64,000 nt of DNA from Oculina patagonica (lineage: Eukaryota): positions 35,216,001-35,280,000 of the forward strand of contig NC_135761.1 of assembly GCF_052425735.1 (NCBI RefSeq), written 5' to 3'. Positions 37,313 to 49,970 of the stretch are shown here, piece after piece; position 1 is the first letter of the stretch; each line of letters opens with the position of its first letter. The position numbers and the translations under genes are program-made. The notes beneath the pieces were generated by a model. That model had not been told where the DNA came from. It saw nothing but the letters and a program-made list of their open reading frames with translations, and searched no databases.

Positions 37313-38252
37313 TTGTGTTATTACATTTGTTTTGAATTTTCAATAAAAGTCACCAATAGTTCCTTTATTTTTGGGAGGACTTCCATGACGCAAAAAGTTC
37401 CTTTTTAACACGAAATGAAGTGTGTGTGTGTTTTTTTTTACCGAAAAAAGCGAATTCGGTTAAAAGGCGATATGCATTTTGCACCTGTGATTTTATTCGC
37501 ACTGCGTTACCCTTTATAAATATGCTTGTACAAAGAAGGAAAATCGCTTGAAGTTTACAATGGTTGAGGTATCGTAATATATGGATTAACAAATTACAGC
37601 AAAGAATTTGCTTTGTACGAATTTTTATCCACTCATTGCGAAACTTCGAAACATTCACTCATTGTCTGTCTCACCTGCGCTTTGCAATTTGTGTATAAAA
37701 ATCCGTAAGCACGTTCTTTAAGGCCATCTGTATGCCATCTGTATGTTCTTTTTATAATTAAAGAACAATTAAAATTTACGATTTTTATCCTTTTAACTAG
37801 CTAGATTTTTTCATTCACTACTTGAAGGCTCGTCTCTAGATATGTTTCTAGTCTTTTTCTTTTATATTCGAGTTTTCCACTTATTTGTTGGAGCTTCTTC
37901 TTGTTAAATTTCACTCCAAGATCCTTTGCTGCATTACTTTCAATCACATAATTATATAAAGTGCAAATATGCTCATTGCTTGGCTACAAATTGCGTTCAC
38001 GCTCGCGCACATAAAAAGACCTTAAAATTTAGAATCACCGATCACGAAAAACTAAAAGCCCAAATCACGTTTCACGACAAATAAATAGCCACAATCACGC
38101 TTCACGTCAAAAGTGTAAGGGACCCTGTTTGCACTCTAGAAATATAATTTGTGTTTCTTTGGTTTGCATTTTCTATTTTCTTTTTTCAAATTGCTCGGTT
38201 ACCTCTGTCGTCTAAGCGATGACATATAAACTCTTAACACTTTTACAAAACT

Positions 38253-38350
38253 CAACTCGTTTCCCGGGGGTCTCTATCCCGCTACTCAGGGGAGAGAGAG
38301 AAAGAGAGGGACCATGGGGCGGAGAGAAAGACACCCTGGCAACGAGGATG
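38253..38350. mobile_element. Degenerate solo-hairpin AcademH-type MITE
   Basis: caactcgtttcccgggggtctct...gacaccctggcaacgaggatg; imperfect inverted ends of the CAACCTCG family. Confidence 0.5.
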
Positions 38351-40853
38351 ATACTAAATGCTTGTTACGCACGAGAAAATCTCTTTGTCCCATTGTCTCT
38401 GTCATAATAAGCAATTTCAAGTGGCTAATGACAGACGATCCGCAGTAAGCCAGTTAGAACGCGTGATGCAGAAAGTGCTTCCTAGATTAAAAAAAAACTA
38501 ATTATTTTTTACCCCCTCCCACATCCAAGAAATTGGTGCTTGAAAAATAACCAGTTTAGGCCAATCATTATGCGTGACCTTGAATACCTTCCAATGAGCC
38601 GCCTATGCCTCTTGTAATTTCCGAAATACCACATCAAATAGACGCCTCTTTTCGTGTTACACAAACCCAAATGTTCCTAATTTTTACGCAACGTTTGTTA
38701 AGGCTTAAATGCAAGGATGTTGGATGTACAGAATCAGTGCAGAATAATTTTTAACAAGTATTTTTCTGTATGTATCAGACACATTAAAATTCCCCTTGCT
38801 AAAAGTTTTTGTGATACTACCTATCAGAACAATTAGGTTGTTTTGTTTAACATTCGGCAAGTCAGAAAAGTGAAAATCTAACTGGTACGTAGTGCGGTGT
38901 ACATGTCTCCATCACACATCTGGAAAGAAAAGGCTCCCGACATTGTGAAAACAAACCGGAGTGATGTTATCTTCTTGGCCTAAATGAACCCCTGGACTAT
39001 CTTCTTCAACACCTGACAAAGGTACATGAAGCTTACCTATTGCCATTTTCATAAAAAAAACCATTAGTTTTCATTGTAACGAGTTCAGCTCCTCATAAGC
39101 ATTGAAATCAGACTTCAGACTCTAACAAGTTGGCATGATTGGCCTAAGCCCGTTGACGATTGTGCAACTTTTCTGTTTAAGTTGACTGCCATTAGACAAC
39201 GCTAACAAGGACAACATTCGTGTTTTTGTCTGACCGAAAATTAAGATATGATATCCACCACTGACGGCATTAAAGAGAAAATCCAAATTAATTGTTCAAG
39301 CAAAATAAATACTACAGATGGGGGAAAAATGCATAAACTTCATTGGTTTAAGTAAAGGAGCGTACGGCTATCAAATTTTGCGTAACTGTAACTGTTGTTT
39401 TGCAATGGTAACTGATAACGCTTTGCCAGTCAGTTACGTCATGTTAAATGTAATTGCTACATTCTACCTCGATTGAATGACGACATCCATAATGATGTCT
39501 GTTTGCGTTGATAACTTATGAAAACAAGTAATTTCGCCGAGAAAAAAACAAAACAAAAGAGCAACAATGGCAAAGCCGAAAAAATACCTTACTGTAGGAC
39601 ATAAACGCGATTAACACAAGGAGAATCAGCTGTGTCGACAACAAGAAAATTTTCTATAACATTTTTTTGGCCAAAATCACACGAAATTGATGTGTTAGAT
39701 GACGAACAAGTTAACATTATCTGGACAGGAACAAGAAAATGGGGCGAAAACAATAGGATTTAGGAACACGCTATTTTTACTGACAAAAATTAACGCGACT
39801 TAACTACATTGAGCAATAGCTTCCTATATTAAGGTACATCTTAAACCTCAACGACAGACAAAAACTGAGCGATATTCAACGAAAATTAGGAATAAAGTTG
39901 GGTATAGTTAAAGATGCATTGATATTTTTAAACTGACCTTGAAATCACTAGCTCACTCTCTATTTCCTCTTTTCTGGAGTCAGTATAAGATGGTTGACGC
40001 GACTAGCTTGTATTTCCTTTTGTTCAGCCGATTCAAAGTGTACTTAATAAGCATACACTGATCATGAAATGAAAAAATCTTCCCGTCATTATACTTTGTC
40101 ACCCGATTAGAATCTTGATTGCTTAATAACATGGGTTGGCCAATTATTTCAAATATTTCACAAGTGCATGACGGAGTTGGATGATGTCAGGAGACTTCCC
40201 TTCTTTGGAGTTTTATTTTTTTGACTGTTGAATGAGGCCACATACTTTAAATCACGTGGAATTATGCAATTCAGTTAACATTATCACTGGATGTTTTTTT
40301 TAGTTAAGCAATTTCTTTAAATATTTCACAAGTGCACGCTGGAGATGGATGATATGAGGAAATTTCTCCGTTTGTAGTATTGTTACGGTGTATTCCTATT
40401 GGTAATTGAATGAGACCATGCATGGCCGTTCCCGAAACACGTGAACTTGAGCAAGGCAAACTGTGATATCACTGGCTTTTTTTTAGTTCATTACCAGATC
40501 CTATATTTAGTATTGACTATTATGATTGGACAGTTGCATCTATATTACCAGCTACTTTAATCGCGATCTAGTCAATAGCTACATCTCCAAAGACGGATTG
40601 TACCTAGACACCAGTGTTGGAACGGAACACCTCTATCGTCAAACTTTTCCTTTGCTTTGGTATATAAAGGTTAGTAACATATACCTATTTATTGTTTACG
40701 GCTGTGTTCTTCACGTTGCAGAGGCTTGATTTGAACAGTAACACATTTTGTTTTACTAAAAAAGAAAGAAAAAGAAATTTCGTTATCGAACCTCAATCTA
40801 CATTATTTTTTTGTCCTTTTGTGGAATAAATTTTGCATTTTTAAGGACCCCTC

Positions 40854-41429
40854 AGAATGCACATGAAGCTTTTTACTATTATTATTCTCGTATATGCCAA
40901 TCAAATGTATGGGTAATTTTTTACTTAAAAAATTAGCGACATTTTAAACATCGTTTCGACGTCGTTTACTATGTCATTATTAAGAAAAATGCTTTCTTAT
41001 CAAGTAAAATTGTTTTTGTAATTGGCATTGTTACCATATAGTCACCTCAGTTGTCGATTTTTATAAATTACCTAATAAGCATAATTTGAAGATCTACTTA
41101 AACGACACCTACTGACCTACGCATCGTGAATGATGTTGAAAAGAATGCACATGAAGCTTTTTACTATTATTATTCTCGTATATGCCAATCAAATGTATGG
41201 GTAATTTTTTACTTAAAAAATTAGCGACATTTTAAACATCGTTTCGACGTCGTTTACTATGTCATTATTAAGAAAAATGCTTTCTTATCAAGTAAAATTG
41301 TTTTTGTAATTAGCATTGTTACCATATAGTCACCTCAGTTGTCGATTTTTATAAATTACCTCATAAGCATAATATGAAGATCTACTTAAACGACACCTAC
41401 TGACCTACGCATCGTGAATGATGTTGAAA
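40854..41429 (+). repeat. Recent tandem duplication, 288-bp unit x2
   Basis: 40854-41141 is nearly identical to 41142-41429. Confidence 0.9.
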
Positions 41430-41474
41430 CGTTATTTTTCAATTGAACTAAAAATAATATTATTTTTCGTAAGT

Positions 41475-41680
41475 CTTTCTTTTTTTTTTTTTTTTTTTTT
41501 TTTATTAGATTTCCCAACATTACAAAAAATATTTACAACAAAAAAGATAAAATATATAATAATAATAAAAAAATAGTGGGAGGATAACAGCAGGGGGAAA
41601 CTGAATTCCCATGTAAAAGCTGTTATCCTAGATAAAGCTAAAAATTTACAAATAAATTTACTAATGAATAAATTTACTAA
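41475..41680 (-). mobile_element. Poly(A)-tailed retroposon 3' fragment
   Basis: Long T run on the + strand followed by AT-rich sequence with a small hairpin (aggataacagc...gctgttatcct). Confidence 0.4.
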
Positions 41681-42025
41681 TGAATAAAATTTTTTTCGCT
41701 TTTGTACATATGAACGTTTTACTTCATGGTCAGTTTTGAGTCCCTTATTACGTTAATAATTGTAGAATAATTTTGTGATGCTTGTTGTCGTCTTAACAAT
41801 ATCCCTCATTACTCAAACGCCGTATCGTTGAATCTTTCAGCGGGTAATACTGACACTTGCTTAATACATACATCCACTATTCGATTTAAACTGCAAACAT
41901 CCCCGGCCACGTGGTTATGTATTCGAGAACACCTGTTTGATTTTAGCGCGAGATCCTTACTAAACTAAACTAAGATTCGCTAGGGAATTTCTATACGTAG
42001 CATTTGGCTCTTAACGGGACTGAGT

Positions 42026-42444
42026 CCCGGGAGGAGGGGGGGGTACTCTCCATAATGGCCTATATGGGGAAGCTCCGCCCGAAAGGGGTACCTTTTTCAG
42101 GCTTCAGGTACATAAAAGGGTAGGGATTTTACGTGTTTAGGTATACAGAAGGGTATGGAAATCTGGCATTTAAGTTTTTAAAAGGGCCTTTAATTGAAAT
42201 ATTTTGTACAGATGCAAATTATGGCTGTATTATTTTATTAAGCGCTACATGAAAATGATAAGAAAACGTCGTGTTATTCGCCTATTCCAAGTCTTTCAGG
42301 TACATGAAAGGGGTACCTTTTTTCAGAAAAAGGTATACGAAAGGGGTACAATTTCTTTTAAAATGGTATATAAAAGGGTAAGGGGTTAGAGCTCGGGGTA
42401 GAGCCTCCCCGTTTAAAACTTTTTTGAGTGCCCCCCCCCCCCTG
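42026..42444. mobile_element. MITE with CCCGGG-G-run-TACTC / GAGTG-C-run ends
   Basis: cccgggaggaggggggggtactc...gagtgcccccccccccctg, with internal gaaaggggtacc repeats. Confidence 0.65.
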
Positions 42445-43209
42445 AGTTCCTACACAGGAATGTATTTAATAAACCGGCTAAAGGTTAGACACCCTTGGCG
42501 GCACGCCGGTATTCGAATGTGTTAAGTGCCAGTCATATTCTAATAAACGAGGTGTCTACTTCCAATGTGAAAGAGGAGTAGCTGGACTTAAGAAAGAAAA
42601 TCCTTGGCTTTGGGTTAACTTGTAACTGGCCTTCATTGTATTACAGGAAGCATCAGATAAGTCCATGGAATAAGTCAAAACGTTTAAAGAGGACTCCACC
42701 AATCACAACTTTGGGTTTGTAAACAAGAAAACTGGAGCTTAAAGTCTGACTTCACTTTTAAGCTTAAAATCCTGCGAAGATCTGCTGAGGTCACTGGTTA
42801 CATATGCAGCATAACAGGGGAAAACGAGGAGTTTTCAAGGTAAATGATAGTGTATAGTGATATTTTAGCATTTTATTTAAAGCGAGATAACGTATTTTAA
42901 AAAAAAAAAAAAACGAAAAAAAAAAAAACGAAGTATGCCATGCTTCCTTCACATAAATCAATAACCTCGCAAAGCCGGCTGGGCAGACGTTTTTCAGTCA
43001 CTCAATTGACTAAGTTCATGATTATCTTTTCCCTTGATTTCTAACAGTATGTTTTTGAGCAGTTGCCTTGTCGAAGCAATTACACTGTCAAAACAAACTT
43101 AAAGCTCAAGATTGTTTTCAAGTTGCTTTGTCCACAAGAATCTTTAAACAACCTCAGTGTGATTTCAAGAATTTAAAAATACATCATATTTCTATTTTTG
43201 TTGTTTTAG

Positions 43210-46200
43210 GCTAGGCTTTTTCTCCATGGAGTCAACCAACGCTAAGCGCGATTTCGTGAAGATGATAAATCAGACCTGTGGTGGGGGTAACTTTACGTGC
43301 TCGTTCAACGATCGCGAAATGAGCGAATACATCCAGTTTCGGAAACGAAAGGATCAGGTGGACGTAAAAGGCGTGGCAACCATTCTTGGAGAGCAGCCGA
43401 ACTCAAACGTGTGGATAATGAACAAGGAGTGTTACTTGGATGAGGATGGGTGTACTCTCGACCCAAGTGACTCTCCTTTTTGTTGGATATCCGATTACTT
43501 GAGCGGCCCAGGTATCGCCCCAGCAGGAAGCAGCTGTGTAGTTAAGTTCCCTCAGGAAGCTTACGTTCTTCGTGAAATTATCTTGACCTTGTTTTCAGTG
43601 ATAGAGCACAACGCTATTAGCACCATACTGATGCTGGGTGCCAGCGCCATGTCCCTGCAATACAAGACGATCCTGGAGACGAATTTGAACTGCCCTGTCC
43701 CTGTGGCCCATGGACCAAGTGGTACGGGTAAAACTACAGCTTTGCTGATGGCACTGTCTATCCTTGGGGCCCACAAGAATAATTTTTATTCAAGGGGTAC
43801 CAAGGAAAGTTTTGTTTCTATCCTGTCAAGACAAACAATACCAATTGGCCTGGACGATCCCCAGTCCGTTAAAAATATAAGCGAACTGCTGATAGACCTA
43901 CACGGTGGAGTGAAGGCTACCAGTATAAAGAGGGGAGGAAGTAAGCCTCTTGGAACTGTCTTAACCAGCGCTAACTTCACTCCAACTGAAAGTGCAAGGT
44001 ATTATTTTATTTATTCTTGAGGCAAATGTGTTTTGTTTTTTTCAGAACAATGTGATACCGTGTTTGTGGGGATAGATTATAGGGGGAAGGTGGGAGGGGC
44101 ATCAAAGTACGCGGTTCCTTTCTTGAAGGGAAAGGGGGGGGGGTGAAATATCTCCGCTTCGGATTGAACTATTTCAATAACTGAATAGCCGGTGAGACCG
44201 GCGTAAGACAACTTTTAAATTTTCAGATTCAACCTTGTGCTTCTCTGTAATGAAAAAGGCGCATTATGTAAAGCTTAAAGCATTTTTACTCAAATAGAAG
44301 GTTTTCTAAGAACTAGTTCTAAGAAGCAAAACAAAAGGAAATTTTGCAATGATCGAACTTCAATGTTCTGCTTGCTAGGTACGCCTCGAGATGCCTTCTG
44401 ATCCCCTTCTGCCATCCGCCGTTAAACATCAACACACCTGCCAAGAGAGTGGGCTACTCGCGCCTGACCCGCCTCATGGAAGAAGGCAGTAAGGCGATAG
44501 GAGCAATAGTATGTTTGAAGAAAAAGTATATTGGAGAGGGTGAGCAGGAAATCAGACAAAATATTGAGCCCTACGTGTCGGATCTTCTAAACGCGGCCTA
44601 CCCGAGGACACACAGAGGTTACTCTACCCTGCTGTGGTTCACATTTCAGGTACGAACAATTATGAAGTAACAAAAACACAATAGATCCTATTTCTCGATA
44701 CAATTAACGCTCGCATATTAAAAAACTATTACCTCGTTCGATTTGCTATTGTTATCAATATCTTGACCGGCCCAAGCCGTAAATTTCTTATTCTCAGTTC
44801 ACCGGAAGTGCTAGTGTGGCAACAATGGTAGTTAATTAATACTGTTCGATAACTACCTATTAACATTTCTTCATTATTATTATTATTTGTTTTCAGATCC
44901 TAGGGGCAGCCGATTTAAGTTTCCTTAAAGAGGAAGTGCTACAATATTTTGAAAATGTTGTGGCAGTCAATGTCTTAAAGTATCAGAGTTTGTCCAAGCC
45001 TCCTCGAGGAAAAACCGTGACACAAGAAAAAAATGCCACTGGAGAAATCGCCAAACCATCTGGTGGTGAAGAAAGGCCATTTATCGTCTTCCTTGCCGAG
45101 ACGCTAATCGATGGGTTAGAAAAGCTATCGATTCAGGAGGTGCGTGCCCGAGAGCTTGAGTGAAACATTTTTTGACAGAAAATATAACCTTCATTTACTT
45201 AAAATAATCAGTCCACACGCAATTCTCTATTGAACTCTGGTTAAAAAGAAAATATACAAATTTTGTTTTTCCTTAAGTTGTTCCCATGAGATAATTTCAG
45301 TTAAAATGTCAATAGTCTACCAACATAATAACACTCTAAAAGCTTTTACATGCTCTAAGCTTCTATGTACACAAGTTATAATATCACAAATTCAGGTGAA
45401 TTATTACGAAATTAACATATAAACATATAAACTTGTTTTTTTGGTAAAATCTTATTTTCGTTTACATCATTATTATTTCAAAATCAAATTTTACAAACAG
45501 TGAATTTAAAAGAAAAGAAAAGCTATAAAAATTCTACACGTATTATTCTCGCTTCATATATAACTCAAGAATCTTTTAAAACTATTGGATTCGTGCTCAA
45601 CCTTTCTCTATTTCTATATCAATGTCATTAACGTTTAGATTGGTCCTTCTCCTGATAGTGCGTGAACCTCTAAGGCATAGAAGCGTTGATCTCAAGATTG
45701 CAAACGAGACTCGAGTTGAAACCCAAGCGATAGTCGTGGAGTAGGCTTCCCCTTTCTTCTTCTTCTTCTTCTTATGATTATGATTATTATAAATATTATA
45801 TTTTCTCAGATAATGACGTTTTGCCGTGATGAACGCGACAGATTTAAAGGTCGAGACGCGTTCGCACTTCACTATTTCGTGTCATTCGCCGAATTCTTGC
45901 TTCCACATATGGGCAAGATTCGGTATATGATACAAAGCGAAGTTTGCGGCGAGGTGAACTGTACAAGAAATTTTCTTGATATGGCGCACGCCGAAAATAA
46001 AGAAGTAAAAAAGGTAGGGGAAAAAGTACATTGATTATGAGAATTGCTTAAGATCAATCACTTCTAAAGATGTCTTACTTTAAATTTATAGTAAGTCATT
46101 TTCATGGAGGAGAGTAATGATCACGCGAAAGAAAATTGCAAAGCGATATAACGCTAAGAAAGTAATTCCAACGATTATTTATAATGATTTATCTCTTGCA

Positions 46201-47418
46201 GATCTATGCTAGCGGACAGCAGAAGAATGTCAAACAAAAGAAATGTGATTTACTCTGCTGGGATATTTTCCCAGAAGACCAAAGACTCAAGTTGAAGACA
46301 GGTATCGTCATATGCATGTTAGCAATAATTGCACGTATATAGACATTAATTTTCATTGTTTTTGAAAGATTTATTTCCATTGCTTTAAAAAGGTAAACTG
46401 AGTCAATTTGAAAAACATATTTTAAGGTCTCAGGTCTTCCCGCTAAGTTCCACGAGGCAGTTAAGTTTCAGGCCAAATACCTCTTTGGCTTAGTCGTTAC
46501 GGTCAACATATTTTATGACTAATGTTTAAAAGTTTTAAATTTTTACGCCTAACGGCTCATTTTTGGCTCATATTACGGCTTACGGTAAACCCAATTGAAA
46601 CCTCTTAGAATGATGACGATAACTGGTTTCTAGTGACCAAGTATTTTAAGTAATTTAAAAAAAAAGCCTTCAATTAAAGTTAAGTTAATTAACATTTCAG
46701 CAATGTCCGGTCAGAAAAATGAAGATCCCGCTCCAGAAAATCATACAACAACTATCACCGCCACAGCGCAACCAGAGTCTGAACAACAGACAACTACCAC
46801 AAATATGCCTGTGGCATCTTCCAATGTCGACCAACAGACAGCTGGTCCAATGGCAGCGTCCCCTGACCAAGACACAATGCCAGTGGCAGAGTTCAATGAC
46901 CAAGCAACAGTGATCGAAGACCACACCTCTGTGGTTGAAGAACCAAAACAGAAACGCAAGAAGAGAGGTAATTGAAACCAAGTTATTATATAACGGCGTT
47001 CTAAATAGTTACATTTGTCGGCCAAGCTGATTTTAATAAAGTGCTACAATGAGGGAACTGTTCGCATTTTTCCTTAAGCAGTTTTATGACATTAACATAA
47101 GAAAGAATACGTCATATGATGTTTTCAAATAGCGCTTTTCTTGCCAGAGGTATTCAAGTTATTAATATGCTAATTGGAGAAGATAAAGATAAAATAAGAT
47201 AACCTCATAATGACCTTGTAGACTAAACCAAATTATAACCTGTAAAAAAGGTTTTTAAAAGGGTCACCAAATATAACAGAAACTTAAAATAGCATCCGTA
47301 TACTAATTGCTTTTTAATTTACTTGAATTTTTTTAAAGGGCCAAAGGGACAAGCAACACTTAAGTCGACAGTGACCCGCAGTAAGGCGCGAAGAACACGA
47401 CAGAATCTTGAAGACTAA
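43210..47418 (+). CDS. Spliced SF3/DUF927-like AAA+ helicase gene (7 exons, ~650 aa; 5' end uncertain)
   Basis: Exons 43210-43998, 44379-44649, 44897-45139, 45810-46013, 46202-46301, 46701-46967, 47339-47418; all GT-AG, phase-consistent, no stops. Walker A GPSGTGKT, Walker B IGLDD, motif C TSANF, Arg-finger-like YASRCLLIPF, basic tail KQKRKKR. A phase-compatible upstream exon ends at 42839 but has stops near its 5' end. Confidence 0.8.
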
Positions 47419-49970
47419 AAGAAAACATTACACGATGATCATAATCAGTGTCCATTGAATACATTCAAAACTTAAACACTTTTGAAATTATGTGTGAATA
47501 TGTCAAAAAAAAATGATATTTCGAAAAATTTTCAGCGCTATGGAATCCAGAAAAAAGAAAAAATATTGTATTCGTGAAAAATGTTAATTTTGTTGTCACT
47601 AAGCGTGTTTCATTGAATAGGTTCAGTAAACAATAAATACTTCAAATGATTAATTTAGCTTTAGTTGTTGAACAGGTTGAGATTTCACCTTAGCGAACTC
47701 AATTATTTTTGTAAACAATAAATCCGAATTTATTAGGCGAATATGCATGTACACTCATGTGTACTCACGAACATACATTTTGCCTTTACATTCTGTCCGA
47801 TGCCCATAATTTATCATTGATTAATTTGAAAAGAAAACTAGAAAATAATACATGGTAGGTTTGCAATCATTCAGAACTGAAAAGAATAACTAGGTAAAAA
47901 CAATTGAATTCTTTATCTGTATTTTAGTTTGTGTTCTGTAGATGAAGTAAGCAGAGTCTCCGTAATAATGAAAGCGAACAACCTCATCCGAAAGAAATAA
48001 CCTTAATTTGTGACGATTTATCGCAATTTGGATAAAGATTTTAAACGTTCAAATAAACATACCATAACAACAAGCGTTTGCCTCTTTATAATTAGTTGTA
48101 AGTTAAAAAAATTCAAAACCGACAACTAACAGAAACAATCACTAGCAACTACCAACAACAACCTGAAAAAACAAAAATTAGACACAAATACCAGCCGCTC
48201 CCGACAAATACCCAAAAATACCAGCAACTACCAACAACTACCAGTAACAATCAACAACAATCAAGAACTAACAACAACTATCAACACCAACCAACAACTA
48301 ACAACAACTACCAAGAACTACCAGTAACAACCAACAACTACTAGTAACTACCAGAAACTACCAGTGACAACCAACAACTACTAGTAACAACCAACAAATA
48401 CCAGCAACTACCAAAAACTACCAGCAATTAGTAGTAACAACCAACAACTACTAGTAACAACTAACAACTACTAGCAACTACTAGTAACAACCAACAACTA
48501 CTAGTAACTACCAGAAACTACCAGTGACAACCAACAACTACTAGTAACAACCAACAAATACCAGCAACTACCAAAAACTACCAGCAATTAGTAGTAACAA
48601 CCAACAACTACTAGTAACAACTAACAACTACTAGCAACTACTAGTAACAACCAACAACTACTAGTAACAACTAACAACTACTAGCAACTACTAGTAACAA
48701 CCAACAACTACTAGTAACTACCAGAAACTACCAGTGACAACCAACAACTACTAGTAACAACCAACAAATACCAGCAACTACCAAAAACTACCAGCAATTA
48801 CTAGTAACAACCAACAACTACTAGTAACAACTAACAACTACTAGCAACTACTAGTAACAACCAACAACTACTAGTAACAACTAACAACTACCAGCAATTA
48901 CTAGTAACAACCAACAACTACTAGTAACAACCAATAACTACCAGCAACTACTAGTTACAACCAACAGCAACTACTAGTAACAACTACCAATAACTAGTAG
49001 TAACAACCAGTAACTACCAATAACTAGTAATAACAACCAACAACTACCAGTAACTACCAATAACTACCAGCAACTACTAGTAACTACTAATAACTACCAG
49101 CAACTACTAGTAACAACCAACAACTACCAGTAACTACCAACAACTATAGGCAACTACTAGTAACTACTAATAACTACCAGCAACTACTAGTAACAACCAA
49201 CAGCAACTACTAGTAACAACCAACAACAACCAATAACTACCAGTAACAACCAGCAACTACTAGTAACTACCAGCAACTACTAGTAACAGCCAATAACTAC
49301 CAATAACTACCAGTAACTACCATCAACTACTAGTAACAACCAACAACTACCAGAAACAACCAACAACTACCAGTAACTACCAATAACTACCAGTAACTAC
49401 CAGGAACTACTAGTAACAACCAATAATTACCAATAACTACCAGTAACTACCAGCAACTACTAGTAACAACGAACAACTACCAGTAACAACTACCAGTAAC
49501 TACCAATAACTACCAGCAACTACCAGTAACTACTAGTAACAACCAACAGCAACTACTAGTAACAACCAACAACTACCAATAACTACCAGTAACTACCAGC
49601 AACTACTAGTAACAACCAAAAACTACCAGTAACAACTACCATTAACTACCAATAACTACCAGTAACTACTAGTAACAACCAACAACTACCAACAACTACC
49701 AGCAACAACCAGTAACTACCAACAACTACCAGCAACTATCAGTAACAACCAGTAACTACCAGCAACTACCAGTAACAACCAGTAACTACCAACAACTACT
49801 AGTAACAACCAGTAACTACCAGTAACTACTATTAACAACCAACAACTACCAGCAACTACTAGTAACAACCAGTAACTACCAATTACTACCAGCAACTACC
49901 AGTAACAACCAATAACTACCAGCAACTACCAGTAACAACCAGTAACTACCAACAACTACTAGTAACAACC

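Noticed and set aside
29275-47418. Polinton/Maverick or endogenous giant virus
   Set aside because: No protein-primed polymerase, capsid, packaging ATPase or retroviral-type integrase recognised.
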